A program made the position numbers and the translations under genes. This document shows, in pieces, positions 24,616 to 37,936 of a DNA stretch of 64,000 nucleotides (the stretch's first letter is position 1; the number at the start of each line of letters is the position of its first letter). This DNA comes from Lophium mytilinum (lineage: Eukaryota), in contig MU004189.1 in NCBI GenBank assembly GCA_010093605.1, forward strand, positions 62,001 to 126,000, in the 5' to 3' direction. The notes below the pieces were generated by a model, which was not told the origin of the DNA, made no database searches, and saw nothing but the letters and a program-made list of their open reading frames with translations.

Positions 24616-26323
24616 TTACATGATCAAGTCGCCCATGATGTCCTCTTCTGGTTCCTGCTCGTCCCAGGTGACGTCCATGGCATCGCCCGACGCTGCGTTG
24701 GCCGCCGCCTTCTTGTTCAACCGCCTCACGTGCTCTAGATAGTCCTTGTTCAGCGTCAATCGGTAGTCGGCCGCCTTGACCTGTTCCGCGAGCTTGTTTG
24801 TCCGTGCTGTCTGCTGCAGAAGCTCCAGATGTTGCTCCTTCTCGCTCTTAGCCAACGGCCCCTCGGTGAGGTCCGTGTAGAATCGAAGAACCAGCGTTCC
24901 GTTCGGTCCGGGGGTGTGATCCAAGCTCGCATTCAGATAACCTCTTGCGACAAGCGTCCTTACGTACGCCTCCGCCTCTTGCATAGAAAAGCCGAGAAAC
25001 TTTGCGACGTGGGTGAGTGGTATGGCCGAGTACGTGTCCTTTAGCTTGGACACCGCTAGTCTCATCTGGTGGTCAACTAGTTCGCTAACCAGCCCTGTGT
25101 TTCCATCCTAAGTTTATCAAATCAGTATTTGATCAGTGAAGCCCAGCAAGGACAGTGAGGTACCTCTGCCCACGTCTGCACGCCAACCTCCGCTTGAGCT
25201 CGCAGCTTCGACCCTTGCGCCTGGAAGGCCTCTGTAAGAGCATCATACGCCTTGGAGGCGGTGCGGATCTGTTTCATGGCGTTGGAATTGGCGGTTCTTG
25301 GAATGGCTGATGGCTAGCTCTATATCAGCATTGCTTGAAGACACGCGTTTGAAAGCCAACTTACCACTCCATTCACCAGGCAGCCTAGGATCACCCATTT
25401 CTTATATGCCTCCCACATGATGCCATTCGCAATGTTCGCCGTCGGTGTGATGAGGATATGCTCCAAGAAGAGCAATGCCTGCTTGAACTTGCGCGCTCCG
25501 ATGTATGCAATAGCGCCCAGCATGTAGTATTCGTGCAAGTCCGAAAGCGTGATCTTCTCCGAATGTCCTGATCGAGTGGTAATGAAGTCGCTGCTGGTGG
25601 ACGTCTCAGCGCATGGTACCGAGCCCTCGATTTCGATGAGGGCTTTCGCTATGTTCTGGGGTAGGTTGTAGATGTAGCTGTCGAGGATCGGAAGAGCGGC
25701 TGTGTATGACCCAGCTTCCAGGCAGGTCCTCATGAATTGTAGATGATTCGAGGTGAACGTTCCGGTTGATGGATCCAGCTGCAGCATGGCAGATCGGACA
25801 GGAGAGATGGCCATCCCGGGCTGTCGAATGGTCAGTCTCCTATAAACCATTGCATTGACGTAGCATCATACCGTGCCCATAACTCTAGCAACCCGATCGC
25901 AGTATTCCACTAGCCTCCTCCATACATCACCAATGTATCGCATCTGAACAGGGTCGAAGGAATCCAAGAACTCCACCAGCTTGCCCCATGATGCGCCGCC
26001 AGGTCTGAAGGTATCGGGAACGGACTTTGGCCCCTTCGGCCAGTCGTGAGTCTGGGTGCGGTGAAACAAGGCGAAGGCATAGGGTATGCTGTTGACGGAG
26101 GGGTTGAGAATCTGGGCTTGTTAGCAGCTATAGTACGCAAGCTGAGAACAAGACGTACCTCTAAGAAGTCCTGCGGCGTGTCGATGTTCTTTAGGAAAGC
26201 ACTACTAGGGATGTGCGACACCGCATTGACATGATTGCGGATATGACGGTCGAGCTCGAGATTAGATTTTATGTTTGGCGACGTCGGTTCGAAGTTGAAG
26301 CAGACACTGAGAGCGTCCGCCAT
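24616..26323 (-). CDS. csn3: COP9 signalosome subunit 3 (PCI domain), multi-exon
   Basis: FLDSFDPVQMRY, FTSNHLQFMRTCLE, EYYMLGAIAYIG..F..AL.FLEH, EAYKKWVILGCL and the PCI winged-helix segment KLKDTYSAIPL...GYLNASL. Confidence 0.85.
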
Positions 26324-26999
26324 GATGGGAGCGAACTGGCCAGAAGGGCTTTCGAGCTGCTGAGGAAGGAGGTATTTGGTGTTGTGTCTTGTTGTCTGGA
26401 CGAGGCGGAGCTCGGTGGTGGGGTGTGCTGAAGCTCTGCTGCCTGTTGTGGGGGAGCAGCGCGGAGGTGTTACCTGGGGGTTATGGCATAACGGGGCGGG
26501 CAGAGCACCAGGCAATGGTAGAACGAGACTTTTACGCGATTCTAAGGTCTAAGGAAAGCAGAGGTGAGTGGAATTGTCGGAGAGACGTAGATGAGTGGTG
26601 ATCCGTGGGTGAATGAGGGCACCGAATGGCCCAATCAGCGATAGCGCCAAGACTTCCAGTCAAGATCATCACGTGCATCTATTTCATGCTCAGGTGGAGA
26701 TCTAAACGAGGGGAATGGAGAGGGATATTTCGTTCTACGCTACTCATAACCTTAGGATAACGCCTTAGACAGTAATATACAGCCTGAACATGAACCATGG
26801 CTCCAAGTATACTCACATCTCCACACAGAACCCAGCTTAATCGAGAAATTGTATTAAGAAAAGGTATCCTGTCGGTCATATGCAACGTAAACTGATATCA
26901 TCCGCTAATGACCAGCACCAATGAGCCCACGTCCACCAACTCCATCCAATGCAACTCCGCAACAACCCTACTCCAAACATCAACACTATACCAAGCACC

Positions 27000-29900
27000 T
27001 CACTTCTTCCTCTCCTTCACCGCCGTCTCCATTCGCCTGACCATGGCCTTCAATCCGACCCCTTTCTCGCAATTCGCTTCCAACCATGACTCCATCCTCT
27101 CCCGCACCGCCTTCATTCCCTTTAGCACTGGCAGCTTCCTTCCCTCCTCGCTCTCGAGGTGCATCAGGGGATTGAGTAACAGATCCAAAACCTCATTCCA
27201 GATTTCCGTCTGCCAGTACCTCTTCAAGCTCTCACGGATTCGGTACGTCTTCGTGGCACCAGCCCCAAGTGTCCCTCCCCGCTCAGCAACCGTCTCGATG
27301 TACTTGCCGAACAGCAAGCTATGCACAATACCCGCAAGACCGTGGTAGTCGACTTGGTACGTCCACGGCCTTAGCTCGCGCATCTCAGCACAGTCCCCTT
27401 CAGAAGTCTTCCAATCCGCTATGAACTGGACATCAGGCTTGAAGACCTTCATATCGATTCCGCGGCCAAAATCGATGAGCGATACGCCTTTCGCAGCCCA
27501 TCCATCGCGTCCATCGTGCTGGTACTGCGAGGTCCAGTAAGCGTCCGGTGCCAGGCTCTCAAGACGCACAAGAATATTGTCCGCCTTGAGATCGCCGTGG
27601 ATGATTCCTTTCGCATGTAGAGCTTCGACTGTCCTGAAGAGCTCGATGCTAAAAAACATGGCCATCTGCTCTTCCATGCCTCCACTGCCATTTGTCTCGG
27701 CACGGGCGATGTTGACAAGATCAAGTAGAGTACCCTGGTCTCGGAATTCTTCAACCAGGAAGCCTTCATCTTGGAACATGTGCATCTCGTATGCGTAGAC
27801 GACGGATTCTGCAGGGCGGGAAACTCCAAGTCGTCGTTTCGCCTGGCGGAGCATGTAGAACTCCCATGCGGACGGCGGGTCTTCCATCTTGATCGCTTCA
27901 AGAGGTTGTCGTTTCACACCAAAATCTCCTTTTCCCATCATGACAGGCTTCTCTTCGTCATCCTCCTCGTCCACAGGTGAGCTTTCAACGAGGTAGACAG
28001 GTGCGAACGCCCCTTTGCCGAGTTCTCGTCTGACGACGTAGGCTCTATCTGAGCCATTCAGTTGGAGGGCAGGAGGCATCATAAGATTCGTTGCCGTCTT
28101 GTCGTTCGCGTTCTTGTTGATTTTACTGACAGCCTTGGTAAACTTCCGGATCTCAGCACCTCGGCCAAAAGCCTTCTCCTTGTCTTCAAAGTAGCCTTCG
28201 TAAGATGATAGCGGCGGCTGAATTTGACTGAGAATAATTTCTCGGATGCCCTCATCCACAGGATTGCACTGAGCATCTTTGATGATAGGCCCCTTTTGAA
28301 CCGACTCTTTCGTCTCCCCAGTCTTCTTTGCCAGAGGTCTAGCTTTTGAAATTCCTAGAGGCTGTTTCGTTTCCTTCTTTCGCTCTCCTAGTGCAGGCTG
28401 AGGGATCTTCACTGACTTTCTAAGAGCCTCTTCCATAACATCCTGGAAAGGGCTACTCCAGGGCTCACCATCATCCTCGAGGATTGCCGAAGCACCCTTT
28501 GACCGAGATGGAGTCTTGACCGAGAAGTAGTCTTTCTGTGAGCGTGCGGTAGCTGCCCCAATCGATGATTCCGTCTTCTCCACGATAGGGGTCATGAAAG
28601 GCAAGCGGTTATGGGCAACCTGCGTAGAATCGCGGAAAGGACGAGTCGGAACATCGCAACCCTCGGGTGGTATGGGAACGAAGCGAGTTGGCAGCGATAC
28701 TGATCCAACGTCTGGAGATGTCGGCGTAACGAGCTCCTGATTGATCCCCTGTGCGTTCAAGTGTGCCTCGCGAAGAGCTTCCCAGGACTCGTCGTTGGTA
28801 TGCTCATTCTCACTATCAAGTTGGTCAGGATTATCGCCATCAGGAATATGCTTGCTCGCCGTGAACTCGGACCATTCCGACACGCTCTTTATCTCAGTCT
28901 CATCTGGCTCATCTTCCTCGTCCTCCATCGTGCTTTTGGTAGTGAAGTCGACTCCAGTAGTTTCGTCTCCGAACTCGCTGGTAGTGCCTGAAATTCTTCC
29001 AGTGCCAGTACTCTCTCCAGCACTTGTGTAGTCGTCGTCATCTTCACTATCCTCGCCGCTTTCTGACTCGGCTGCCGATTCGCCGTCTGTCTTGAGGGGT
29101 TGATTGAATATTCCATATATCTCATCCATTGCCTCCTTGGTGTGGAATGTCATCGTTGGTTCGGCATTTTTCTTTTTTCGCAGCTTCGGTCCAGTCGGCG
29201 ACGCCAAGTTGGTTTGAACTTGAAAATGTCAGCTCGTTGTCGGTTGCATGAGTGCTTTATATAAATACCTGTTTGAGGCTCTGCTCGAACTTCCATGACT
29301 TTGATCTTTCTAGTCCGATTGGCTTTTTCTTCTCTGCGCATCTTCTTGGTCATCGAAACCTTCTCGACAGTGACTTGAGAAGGCGGGGTGTTTTCATCGT
29401 TCAGAACGAGGTTCTCTTCGATTCCGGCGGTTATGACTTCTACCCCAAGCGTTGGCTTTGAAGTCAATGCATCCTTGGGGGCCTTAGTGTTAGTAGCCTG
29501 TGATTTCTGCGCGGCTTCCTTCTTGCGGATGGCGCCCCAATCATAATCCAACCATCCCCTATGTTTAGCCCTCAGCTCTTCGAATGAGAACTCAGCGGCC
29601 GAAGGGTCGTCGGCATTCGGATATACGAGCTCCAAGTTGACGAAGACGCGTTCCGTCCTTCCGGTTTTCGGGTTGACGCTCTGTTGTTGATCACGCAGGG
29701 GGTGCGACTTGGGTTGTTTTGAGGAATCTGATATAGACTGAATACATGAAGCAAGCAAACGCCAACTAATTAGTCCTGTGATCGTAAATAAGGAGAATGA
29801 GGGGGGCTCATAGCTCAATCTAACTCACCTCGTCCTTGAATATCATCATCTTGGGTACTCCCGCATTCTTCTTGCCGGCCTTCAGTGTCTCGCCTGCCCA

Positions 29901-30809
29901 GGGTTTCGCTCCGACTATGTTCTCCTTCTTCCGATCTGACAGAGATCCGATACTATCCCAGCCCTTGGTGCTCCCACTTGATCCTGGTTTTGCTGCTTCA
30001 TCCCCATCTGAGAAGATGGCCAGCTTCTGGCGGCCAGACCTCGAGGCGCCTGTGCCGCTCCCCGAACGACTCTGAGCTTGGGGGTCTGTCGGAGATGATG
30101 TGTGGGCGAAGGGGTCGATCTTTGCTGCTAACGCTGGACGCACTGTCGGTAGCGCTGGGCTGCTAGGCTCAGGAACATCCTGCGGTCGGGCGGCAAACCT
30201 ATTCTCGAACTCCCCAAACTTGCGCATCAGTCTCTCCGTCGGTCGCGCCTCCCGTTCCAGTCCGAGTTTGTAGACCTCTTCCGCCTGTGTCCAGCGCCCT
30301 GCGTTTTCCAACCATGAGGCGAACTCCTCGTAGAATAGCGCTAGGCCATCGCCAATGTTGTGTCGTGCAAGGTATGCGAAGGTCTCGCGTGGCGCCTCCG
30401 AGAACAGTCGGATGTAATGCAGCCACAGCTTCAGATACCGAGGATCGTTCTTGTAGTGTGTGGAGCCCTGGAAAGCCTTGGTCGCTCGTTCTAGGAGCGT
30501 GGACAGCTGCGACTGCGGTGTATTCTGGGCAGATGGGTATGCGTCGAGAGTCCACTTGACATAGCGGTCGTAAATGTCGAGAGGGTCGTCGGAGTCGTCG
30601 ATTGTTAGAAGCTCCTTCTCGTACTCCTGTCGTATCGCATTGTTGAGGTCCTGAGTATGGGATGGAGGGGGCGTCCTCGAGGATCCTAGAGAGAGAGGAG
30701 GAGAGTATAGTTGCGCGAGAGCTTTGGCTGAACGACCACTCGGGAGAGACTGAATGTTCTCCTTCTGGTTCTCGATGATCTCGAAGTCGATCAAGTCGTC
30801 GGAAGGCAT
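27000..30809 (-). CDS. bub1: Spindle assembly checkpoint kinase Bub1/BubR1 (SldA-like), multi-exon
   Basis: N-terminal KEN box (IIENQKENIQSLPSGRSA), Mad3/Bub1 TPR region (DDPLDIYDRYVKW; YKNDPRYLKLW), GLEBS-like EFSFEELRA, and kinase motifs LGKGAFAPVY, IIHGDLKADN and LIDFGRGID. Confidence 0.95.
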
Positions 30810-30952
30810 GGCGAAAGAATTGAAGAAGAGAACGAGAGAAATGTAAAATACCGACACTGGCTCCGGTTCTTACCTGGGACTGTCCTTCGTGGGTCCGGTG
30901 GGGGGTTGTGGGTGTATTTAGGGATGGTCGAAATCACAAGCGGGATGAATTG

Positions 30953-31082
30953 GAGTGATCTTATTTTACCTACGGCCAAGCACGCCAGGCCCCACGCCGG
31001 CGCGCGCACGGCTCACCACGCCGAGGTACACCCGCGCACACAAATTTATATATAGAATTGTGCTGTAGCGTGTATATATATA
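30953..31082 (+). repeat. Left TIR of MULE element
   Basis: Reverse complement of 34030-34159; the mismatches inspected are all C/T or G/A transitions. Confidence 0.92.
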
Positions 31083-31099
31083 AGCTTAATGCCGTAAGG

Positions 31100-33990
31100 C
31101 CCTAAAAATCTATAGAGATAGCTATATATATTAATTTTATAGTGTTTCTACTTATTCTCTCTACTCTCCCTATAGTACATGTTATTAAACTCCCTTTCTA
31201 GCTTATCCTTAGTACTGGAATTATCTAATTCCTCTTTATCTAAGCTTATTCTAAGATTCTCTGCCTAAATATAGTTAAGATTATGCTCTAGGCTAGTCCA
31301 TTTACCCTAATTAAGGCCGCTAGCCTTTTATTTCTTACTATTAAGCTTATTCTAAGTCTCCCCTTTAGAAAATACATTTTTAGTATTAAGTACGCCGTAG
31401 AAATCTATTAAGAAAAGCTACTTATATACGCTTCCTCTTATAAGGGGGCCTACAGCCTACCTAAGGCTATCTATCTACTTATTTCTGCAGTTAAATTAGC
31501 TCTCTAAGGGTATAGTTTTACTCTTCTCTATAAGATTAAACTACTAAGAATATAGCATATCTTATTACTTACATGCTCTTAGAGTTTACCTATTTTTAGC
31601 CGCCTACTTCTCTACTTCCTCTTTATATTATGCCTACTATATATACTATAGGCCCTAGCTTTAGTATATCTCTAGGCCGGCATCCTTAAATATATAGATA
31701 TAGTCCTCTTAATAGAATTTCTTAAGTATTTTATAGAGGATCTCTCTCTACTATATATAGTAGTATGGCAGCTTATACCTTTTAAAGAATTTATATATAT
31801 AATACACCTTATTATTATATTTCTTAAGGGGAATACCATTATTAATATACTACTTAGCTAGGTTAATTTCTACTACTATTTTCTTCTAAATAACTACCGG
31901 AAATCGCTATAGAGCTAGAAATTAATAGGCCTCTAGTAGGTATATAGAATGCAATTAAGTAATTCTTTTAGTAGTATATAAGTTATATTATAGTGCAGTT
32001 TTATAGAGGTTTATTAGTATTCCCCTAAGAAAATACTTACCTGCCGTTTTCTTAGTATTTTAAGACTTCTTTTTAATTGTATAGTGCTAGGACTTATTTA
32101 TATTAGTAGTTGCAATCTAGAGGAGTAATAGAATATAAGCGCGCTTAAAATTAGCCTATAAAGGGAGTATTAGGTACTACTTATAGTAGAGATATTAAAC
32201 TAGGTTAAAATTCGCCTTTCTCTATTTACTTTTAGATAGTTCTAGGGCCCTAGAACTAGATAGTAATAGCACATATTATTCTTTTACTATAATAGAATAA
32301 CTAGGTAAAGTAGCAGGTGCTATAGAGGCTAGTAGGTAGTTAGTTAGGGGGGGTATAGATGCTTTTTTCCCCTATAAGTATATAAGTTTTATATTTATAA
32401 TAAGAAGTACGCGTAGGAAAAATACTATAGAATAGGCTAAGTAAGTAAAAAAGTAATTTTTTATGCTATAATAAGATCTACGCAGGACTAAATATTATAG
32501 TATAATATATGCAGAAAATAGAAAGGCTGCGCAGCCTTTCTATTTTTAATAATACTATGCTTAGTAAGCTATTTCTTAACGTATATATAAGCAATTAATA
32601 ATTAAAAAAGCGGCTTACCTTACACTTAGTAGGGGTAATTATATCCGTAATTATCTTATTACGTTGCCCTAGCTTTTTAACCTTAATGCTATATGCTAGT
32701 AATATAGCTCTTTTTATAGCTTTCTACGCTGCAGTCTCTATAGAATAGTAATATAACGCCGAGTATATCTTTTTCTAAATTAGTTCTTTCTTTATATATC
32801 TAATAAGCGTACAGCATAAATAAATCTAGTAAAGAAGATGCTCTACCTCTTACTCTCCTTCTTAAAGGCCTAGAAATGCTATTTTTATAGCTAATTATTT
32901 AGCGGTGGAATTATCTATAAGAAACTAATATAGTGCCTATTAAGAGGCCTCTCTCTAGCCTCTATTATACTAGCCTTTAATAACTCTTATCGCCGCTGCT
33001 AGTATATTAGCGTCCTCTCTATTAGTAAGAAGGTAAGCTACTAGAATAAATATTTCTATAGTATCTCGCACTATAAAGGTATATAAATACTATTTTAGCT
33101 TATTTATTTTATGCGTAGAGTTAAGAAGAATAAGCGTGCTATACTTCTTAAGAGCCTCTAGCCTCTCTAGGTAGTAGAAGACTATACCTATAGATATATT
33201 ATTAGAAGAAGAATTATATAAGGTAGCCCCCTTTACCTATTAAGCTATATTATGCTTATTAACCTATATTTACTAGTAGACCTACCTATTTTAGTTAAGA
33301 AACTTAATAGTAGCGGATACCTACTAGGTAGAAGAATTATTATAGCCTTTAATATAAAGATCTAGGTGCTTAACTCTCTAGAATTTACCCTAATTAATAA
33401 TATCTTGCACTATAAGATGCGCGCTGCTAGCAGCAACTAATTAAGCCCTTCTATTCTATTAATATTAAGTTTCTTAGAGTTGTAAAAGTATATTAGATGG
33501 TGCAGATTAATATATAATATTAATTTCTGCCTGTTTTCTAAGGCCCTTATTTCTCTTAAGCTAATCCATCCTATTAAGAGTATGTAAATGGCCCTTACCG
33601 CCTCTATTACTCTAGAATATAGAGGTTTAACTAGTATATTATTCTATCTAAATAGAATATAAGCAGGTGCTACTATTATAGGTTCTTTTCTACCTCTTAA
33701 TTCCTTTATTAGAATTCTTCGCAGCGTTTTTCTTAAAGGATTTATTTATCTTAGTAAAGAGGCGGCACTTATAGAACCTTATATAGGTGTTATCTATCTT
33801 TCTAGTATAGTCTCTTACATACTTCTAGATATTAGATATATATAGCTAGTATAAATTAAAGGCGGCATTTAAGATCTTAATAGGGGCGGCGATATTATAG
33901 AGCTTTTAACGCTAATTAGTAAGTTTTAGGGGGTTCTATAGTAGCTAGTGCTTGCTAGTAAGCTAGCCCTAATAAGGCTTAATATAGGGG
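31100..33990 (-). pseudogene. RIP-degraded MULE transposase with SWIM zinc finger (bounds approximate)
   Basis: The minus strand at ~33065-33145 reads LLNSTHKINKLK*YLYTFIVRD, restorable by transitions to the MULE motif LLDSTHKTNKLKW. The region ~31750-31810 is restorable to a SWIM-like CxC...YKLPCCHIW. Confidence 0.75.
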
Positions 33991-34029
33991 CGCGGCATAG
34001 TTACTTTAATAGAGGAAATTAAGTAAATG

Positions 34030-34159
34030 TATATATATATACGCCACAGTATAATTCTATATATAAATTTATGTGCGCGGGTGTACCTCGGCGTGGTAAG
34101 CTGTGCGCGCGCCGGCGTGGGGCCTAGCGTGCTTGGCCGTAGGTAAAATAAGATCACTC
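34030..34159 (-). repeat. Right TIR of MULE element
   Basis: Ends ...GGCCGTAGGTAAAATAAGATCACTC, immediately followed by the TSD. Confidence 0.92.
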
Positions 34160-34846
34160 GATGAATTGTCAACAAAACAAAACGCACGGCGCGCAAAACG
34201 ACCCAAGCTCAACAACCCATTCTGCCATTCACATCCAACCACATCAACATCAAGTGCTCACTCGCAGACTCCTGAATCGTTTCAATAGTCTTCCCAGACC
34301 GGCCCATCCTTCCAGTCCTTCCATTTAGCATTTTTAAAGATCAGCCGAAGCGGTTGCAGCGGCTTTACTTCATGTACACCTCTAAGAAAGCTATGACGCT
34401 GTAGCCACCTTAGCCTGGATAGATGTATGCCTTTTGGGCATCTCTGCAATTTCATCGCATCTCTGTTAGGACTACCTATGGAGATAATGGTAATAACAGA
34501 TGTACGGAAAGGCGTTACACATGACAGTTGCACCACTTTTTGGTGCTTTCATCGCTGAGACAATTGGGGCATCAAAGAGTCTACAAATAGCGCGCATATC
34601 AACCTAGAGGAAGTCACTAAACTGTTTACATGTAAAAAGTGCATATGCTGCCCACTCCGTTAAGTCTACTTCAAGATATCTCGCCTTCGATCGGATTGAA
34701 CTCAAAGACGGATCTCGTGACCCTTTGGATAAGTATTTCCGCAACTTTCTAACTACATGTTTACCAACGAGAGCGGCTTTCTATGCCATTCCTGCATCTG
34801 TTTATTTGAATTTCAACTACGTTCTTGACCGGTGTAACGAAATCAA

Positions 34847-35947
34847 ATGGATGACAAGATTCCCGAAATCCAATCCAGCGATCCTCACCTTGGTATGATA
34901 TCTTCCCGTCGTGCACGAGTCTAGCTTGGAGATCGAATACTTGAAATCAGTCTATCTTATGGCAATCTATTTCGTGTCTGAGAGTTCGGTCCGTTGCTGA
35001 CCTCGCTTTTTCGAGCCTGCAGGTGCACGCTTTACCTCTCAAACACACCATGACACTTATTCAGCCATAGATCCAACGTCAGTGGATCTTTTAGGACAGG
35101 CCGTTTTCATTACTGGTGCCTCTCGAGGTATTGGCTCCGCCATTGCTGTCGCCTTCGCCAAAGCCGGAGCATCTTTCATTGGGCTCGGGGCACGGGGCTC
35201 CCTCAGCAACACTGAAGAAGCAGTCCTAGCAGCTGCAAAGCAAATTGGCAAGCCGCAACCAATTATCGTGGCCGTCAATTTGGACGTTACAGACACAGAA
35301 TCGATGATTCAGGCTGCTGCGAAAATTGATGCACATTTCAGGAAACTGGACATCCTCGTAAACAACGCCGGCTGGCTAGAAACAGGTGCGCCAATACACG
35401 AGAGCGATCCTATGTCCTGGTGGCAAAGCTTCGAAGTCAACGTCAAGGGTGTGTATCTGTCTACACGAGCGTTCATGCCCTTGCTACTCAAAACGCCTCC
35501 ATCCTCTTCATCCCGACAGATCATCAATCTCACTAGCATTGGAGCTCTCATGGTTATACCCGGGATGTCAGCTTATAACACAGCCAAGCTTGCCATCTGT
35601 AGATTTACCGAGTATACAGCGGTTGAGTATGCGCATCAAGGCGTCATTGCTATAAGTCTTCATCCCGGAGGTGTAGCTACGGACATGGGACTGAGCCTTC
35701 CAGGGGCAATGCATACGAGTCAGTTGCTCATCAAGGGAGCCTTGCGATGACAAGACGTGCTAATTCGATTTCAGGCTTGACTGATACCCCAGAGTTGGCA
35801 GCAGACACCGTCGTTTGGTTGATGAAAGAGAGGCGGGAGTGGCTCAACGGTCGGTATGTGAGTTGTCAGTGGGACCTGCCGGAGCTTGAGGCCAAGAAAA
35901 AGGAGATCGAAGAAAGAAATCTTCTGAAGAACAAGATGCTCGTCTGA
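34847..35947 (+). CDS. Short-chain dehydrogenase/reductase (3 exons)
   Basis: TGASRGIG, LDILVNNAG, catalytic YNTAK and HPGGVAT; the last exon reads DTPELAADTVVWL...WLNGRYVSCQWDL. Confidence 0.9.
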
Positions 35948-36723
35948 AGAAAGTACATACAAATGTGACAAAGTCCTTCGTTTGATTTTCCCTTAAGTCC
36001 TCAGATTTTTGGGTATAACAGATCTTCATTCTGAACCTAGACTTGTACAACAGACCCTCGTTATCCAAATTCTCGTTTCGTTAATCCTCACGATCTCGAT
36101 GCCAGTTATAACTATTTACAAAGCAACTGCAGGCCTCATAGCTGATTTATCTATAGTCTAGAACTACATGATGTCACAAGGTCTCTACATATCTTCCGCA
36201 CTCTCGTCTCCGGTCCCGATAGGGAATGGGGTCAGGGCGGAATGACCGTGCCGACGCTATTAATCTATCTGAGATTGTTGTTTCCAAAACAGCATCCCGG
36301 TCCACCAATGTCGCGTTCGCGCAAGATTGCTTTGAACCATTCCTGGACTATCTTGTCATTTCCTATTCGATGCAAAACTTCAATCCTTGCCTTCTTTGCG
36401 CGACTAAGGCTGAATGCCGAGGGTTGCGGGAGACTCGTATCGTGGTTCCGCACCAACTTCATGCCTCGGACAGTTGTGGTGTGGTGCATATAACTAGATC
36501 AGGTGCAAAGAACGATCTTCAAGTCTGAAAAAAAGGGTACGAACTGGGAGAAGATCGCTGGCGAGTCTCAAAGATGTGACCTAAGGTCGGGGTACACGTA
36601 TATATGTACAGTCATTTGCAAAGCTCCACATACGGCAATCAAAACATAACCAGCTATATATATGACGGAAGCAATATGGAGCAACCCCAAGCAGTCACGT
36701 CAGGAGAACCACGCAGGAATAAG

Positions 36724-36730
36724 TATAAAA
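36724..36730 (+). promoter_or_regulatory. Putative TATA box of the AA9 gene
   Basis: TATAAAA about 75 bp upstream of the ATG at 36800. Confidence 0.45.
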
Positions 36731-36799
36731 GTTCATCACGCCCAATGTATGAAAACATCACTGCTTCAGCATTACTGACTTCTGGCACGGGCTGCAAAT

Positions 36800-37661
36800 A
36801 TGAAGACCTTCACGACTGTTGCTATCGCTGCCTCAACCCTCGCTAGTGTAGCACATGGCCATTGTATGATTTGTTTGGGACTCATTCTCCACGGCATATG
36901 CTAATTTGAGGTTAGACATCTTCGAATACTTAACTGCAAACGGAGTGGAAGGTTCTGCATACCAAAATGTTCGCTACAACACCAACTATAACTCCCCCGT
37001 TACTGGTAAACGTTCCCTGACCTCCTTTCCGAAACAGAATCAGACTTTGCTCACCATCTTATGCAGACCTCGCCTCCCCCGACCTCCGCTGCAACGTCGG
37101 CGGCGAGAGCGGCTCCAACACCACCACCGTCGCCGTGACTGCCGGCTCAACGGTCACCTTCACGGCTGATGTGGCAGTCTACCACCAAGGCCCCGTCTCG
37201 TTCTACATGACCAAAGTCGCGGATGCCTCTGCTGCGGATGGGAGCTCGCAGTGGTTCAAGGTCAAAGAAATCGGACCTACCTTCTCTGGGGGATCCGCAA
37301 CCTGGGACTTATCAAGTACGCTCCTTTACCTTCAACGTTCAGACAGATACGTCTTGAAAATATCGTCGCTAACGCTCGTCGTTCAACAATAGAGTCCTAC
37401 GACGTGACCGTCCCAAACTGTCTCCCTGCAAGCGAGTACCTGCTGCGGATCGAGCAGCTTGCGATTCATAACCCGGGCGGCACACCGCAGTTCTACGTCG
37501 CGTGTGCGCAGGTCAAGGTTACGGGATCGGGGTCGGGGAGCCCGAGTCCGGTGGTTGCGATACCTGGCCATATAAAGGCGACGGATCCAGGGTATACGGC
37601 GAACATATACAACGACTTTACCAACTATACCGTGCCAGGGCCGAAGGTCTGGGCATGTTAG
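36800..37661 (+). CDS. AA9 lytic polysaccharide monooxygenase, no CBM (4 exons)
   Basis: Signal peptide [20 protein letters not shown] followed by His1; DLRCNVG; YHQGP (second His); [36 protein letters not shown]. Confidence 0.93.
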
Positions 37662-37936
37662 TGGGGATGGCTGTATGTGAAGGTGGTCTAGCTTGTCAAT
37701 CATATAGTTCTTGTTGAGAAAAAAGATGATTATTTGGGGTATGGTAAGGGTTATCCTACCAAACTAAATCCAAAGTGAAGATATAGAGATCTAAAAAACA
37801 ACCTCTGAAGCCCGAAAGATGACCTTGCCCAATGAAACACCTACTTCACAGTCCCCTAGCAGCCGTAGTTAATCCACAGTAGAAGAAACTGTCGTAAAAG
37901 GCCTAAACCAAACAAACTCCCGCAGTCTACTCCTCC

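Larger units (their letters stand above)
30953..34159. mobile_element. Mutator/MULE DNA transposon, full length, RIP-inactivated
   Basis: ~130-bp terminal inverted repeats beginning GAGTGATCTTATTTTACCTACGGCC. Perfect 9-bp TSD GATGAATTG at 30944-30952 and 34160-34168. The AT-rich, TpA-rich interior has no intact ORF. Confidence 0.95.

Noticed and set aside
30791..34288. Two ORFs starting MRAPAWGLACLAVGKIRSL (30791-31009 and 34103-34288)
   Set aside because: Artefacts of reading outward through the two transposon TIRs from non-ATG starts, not duplicated genes.
34282..34536. Minus-strand ORF ending KWKDWKDGPVWEDY
   Set aside because: Protein-like tail, but no convincing gene model or known motif.
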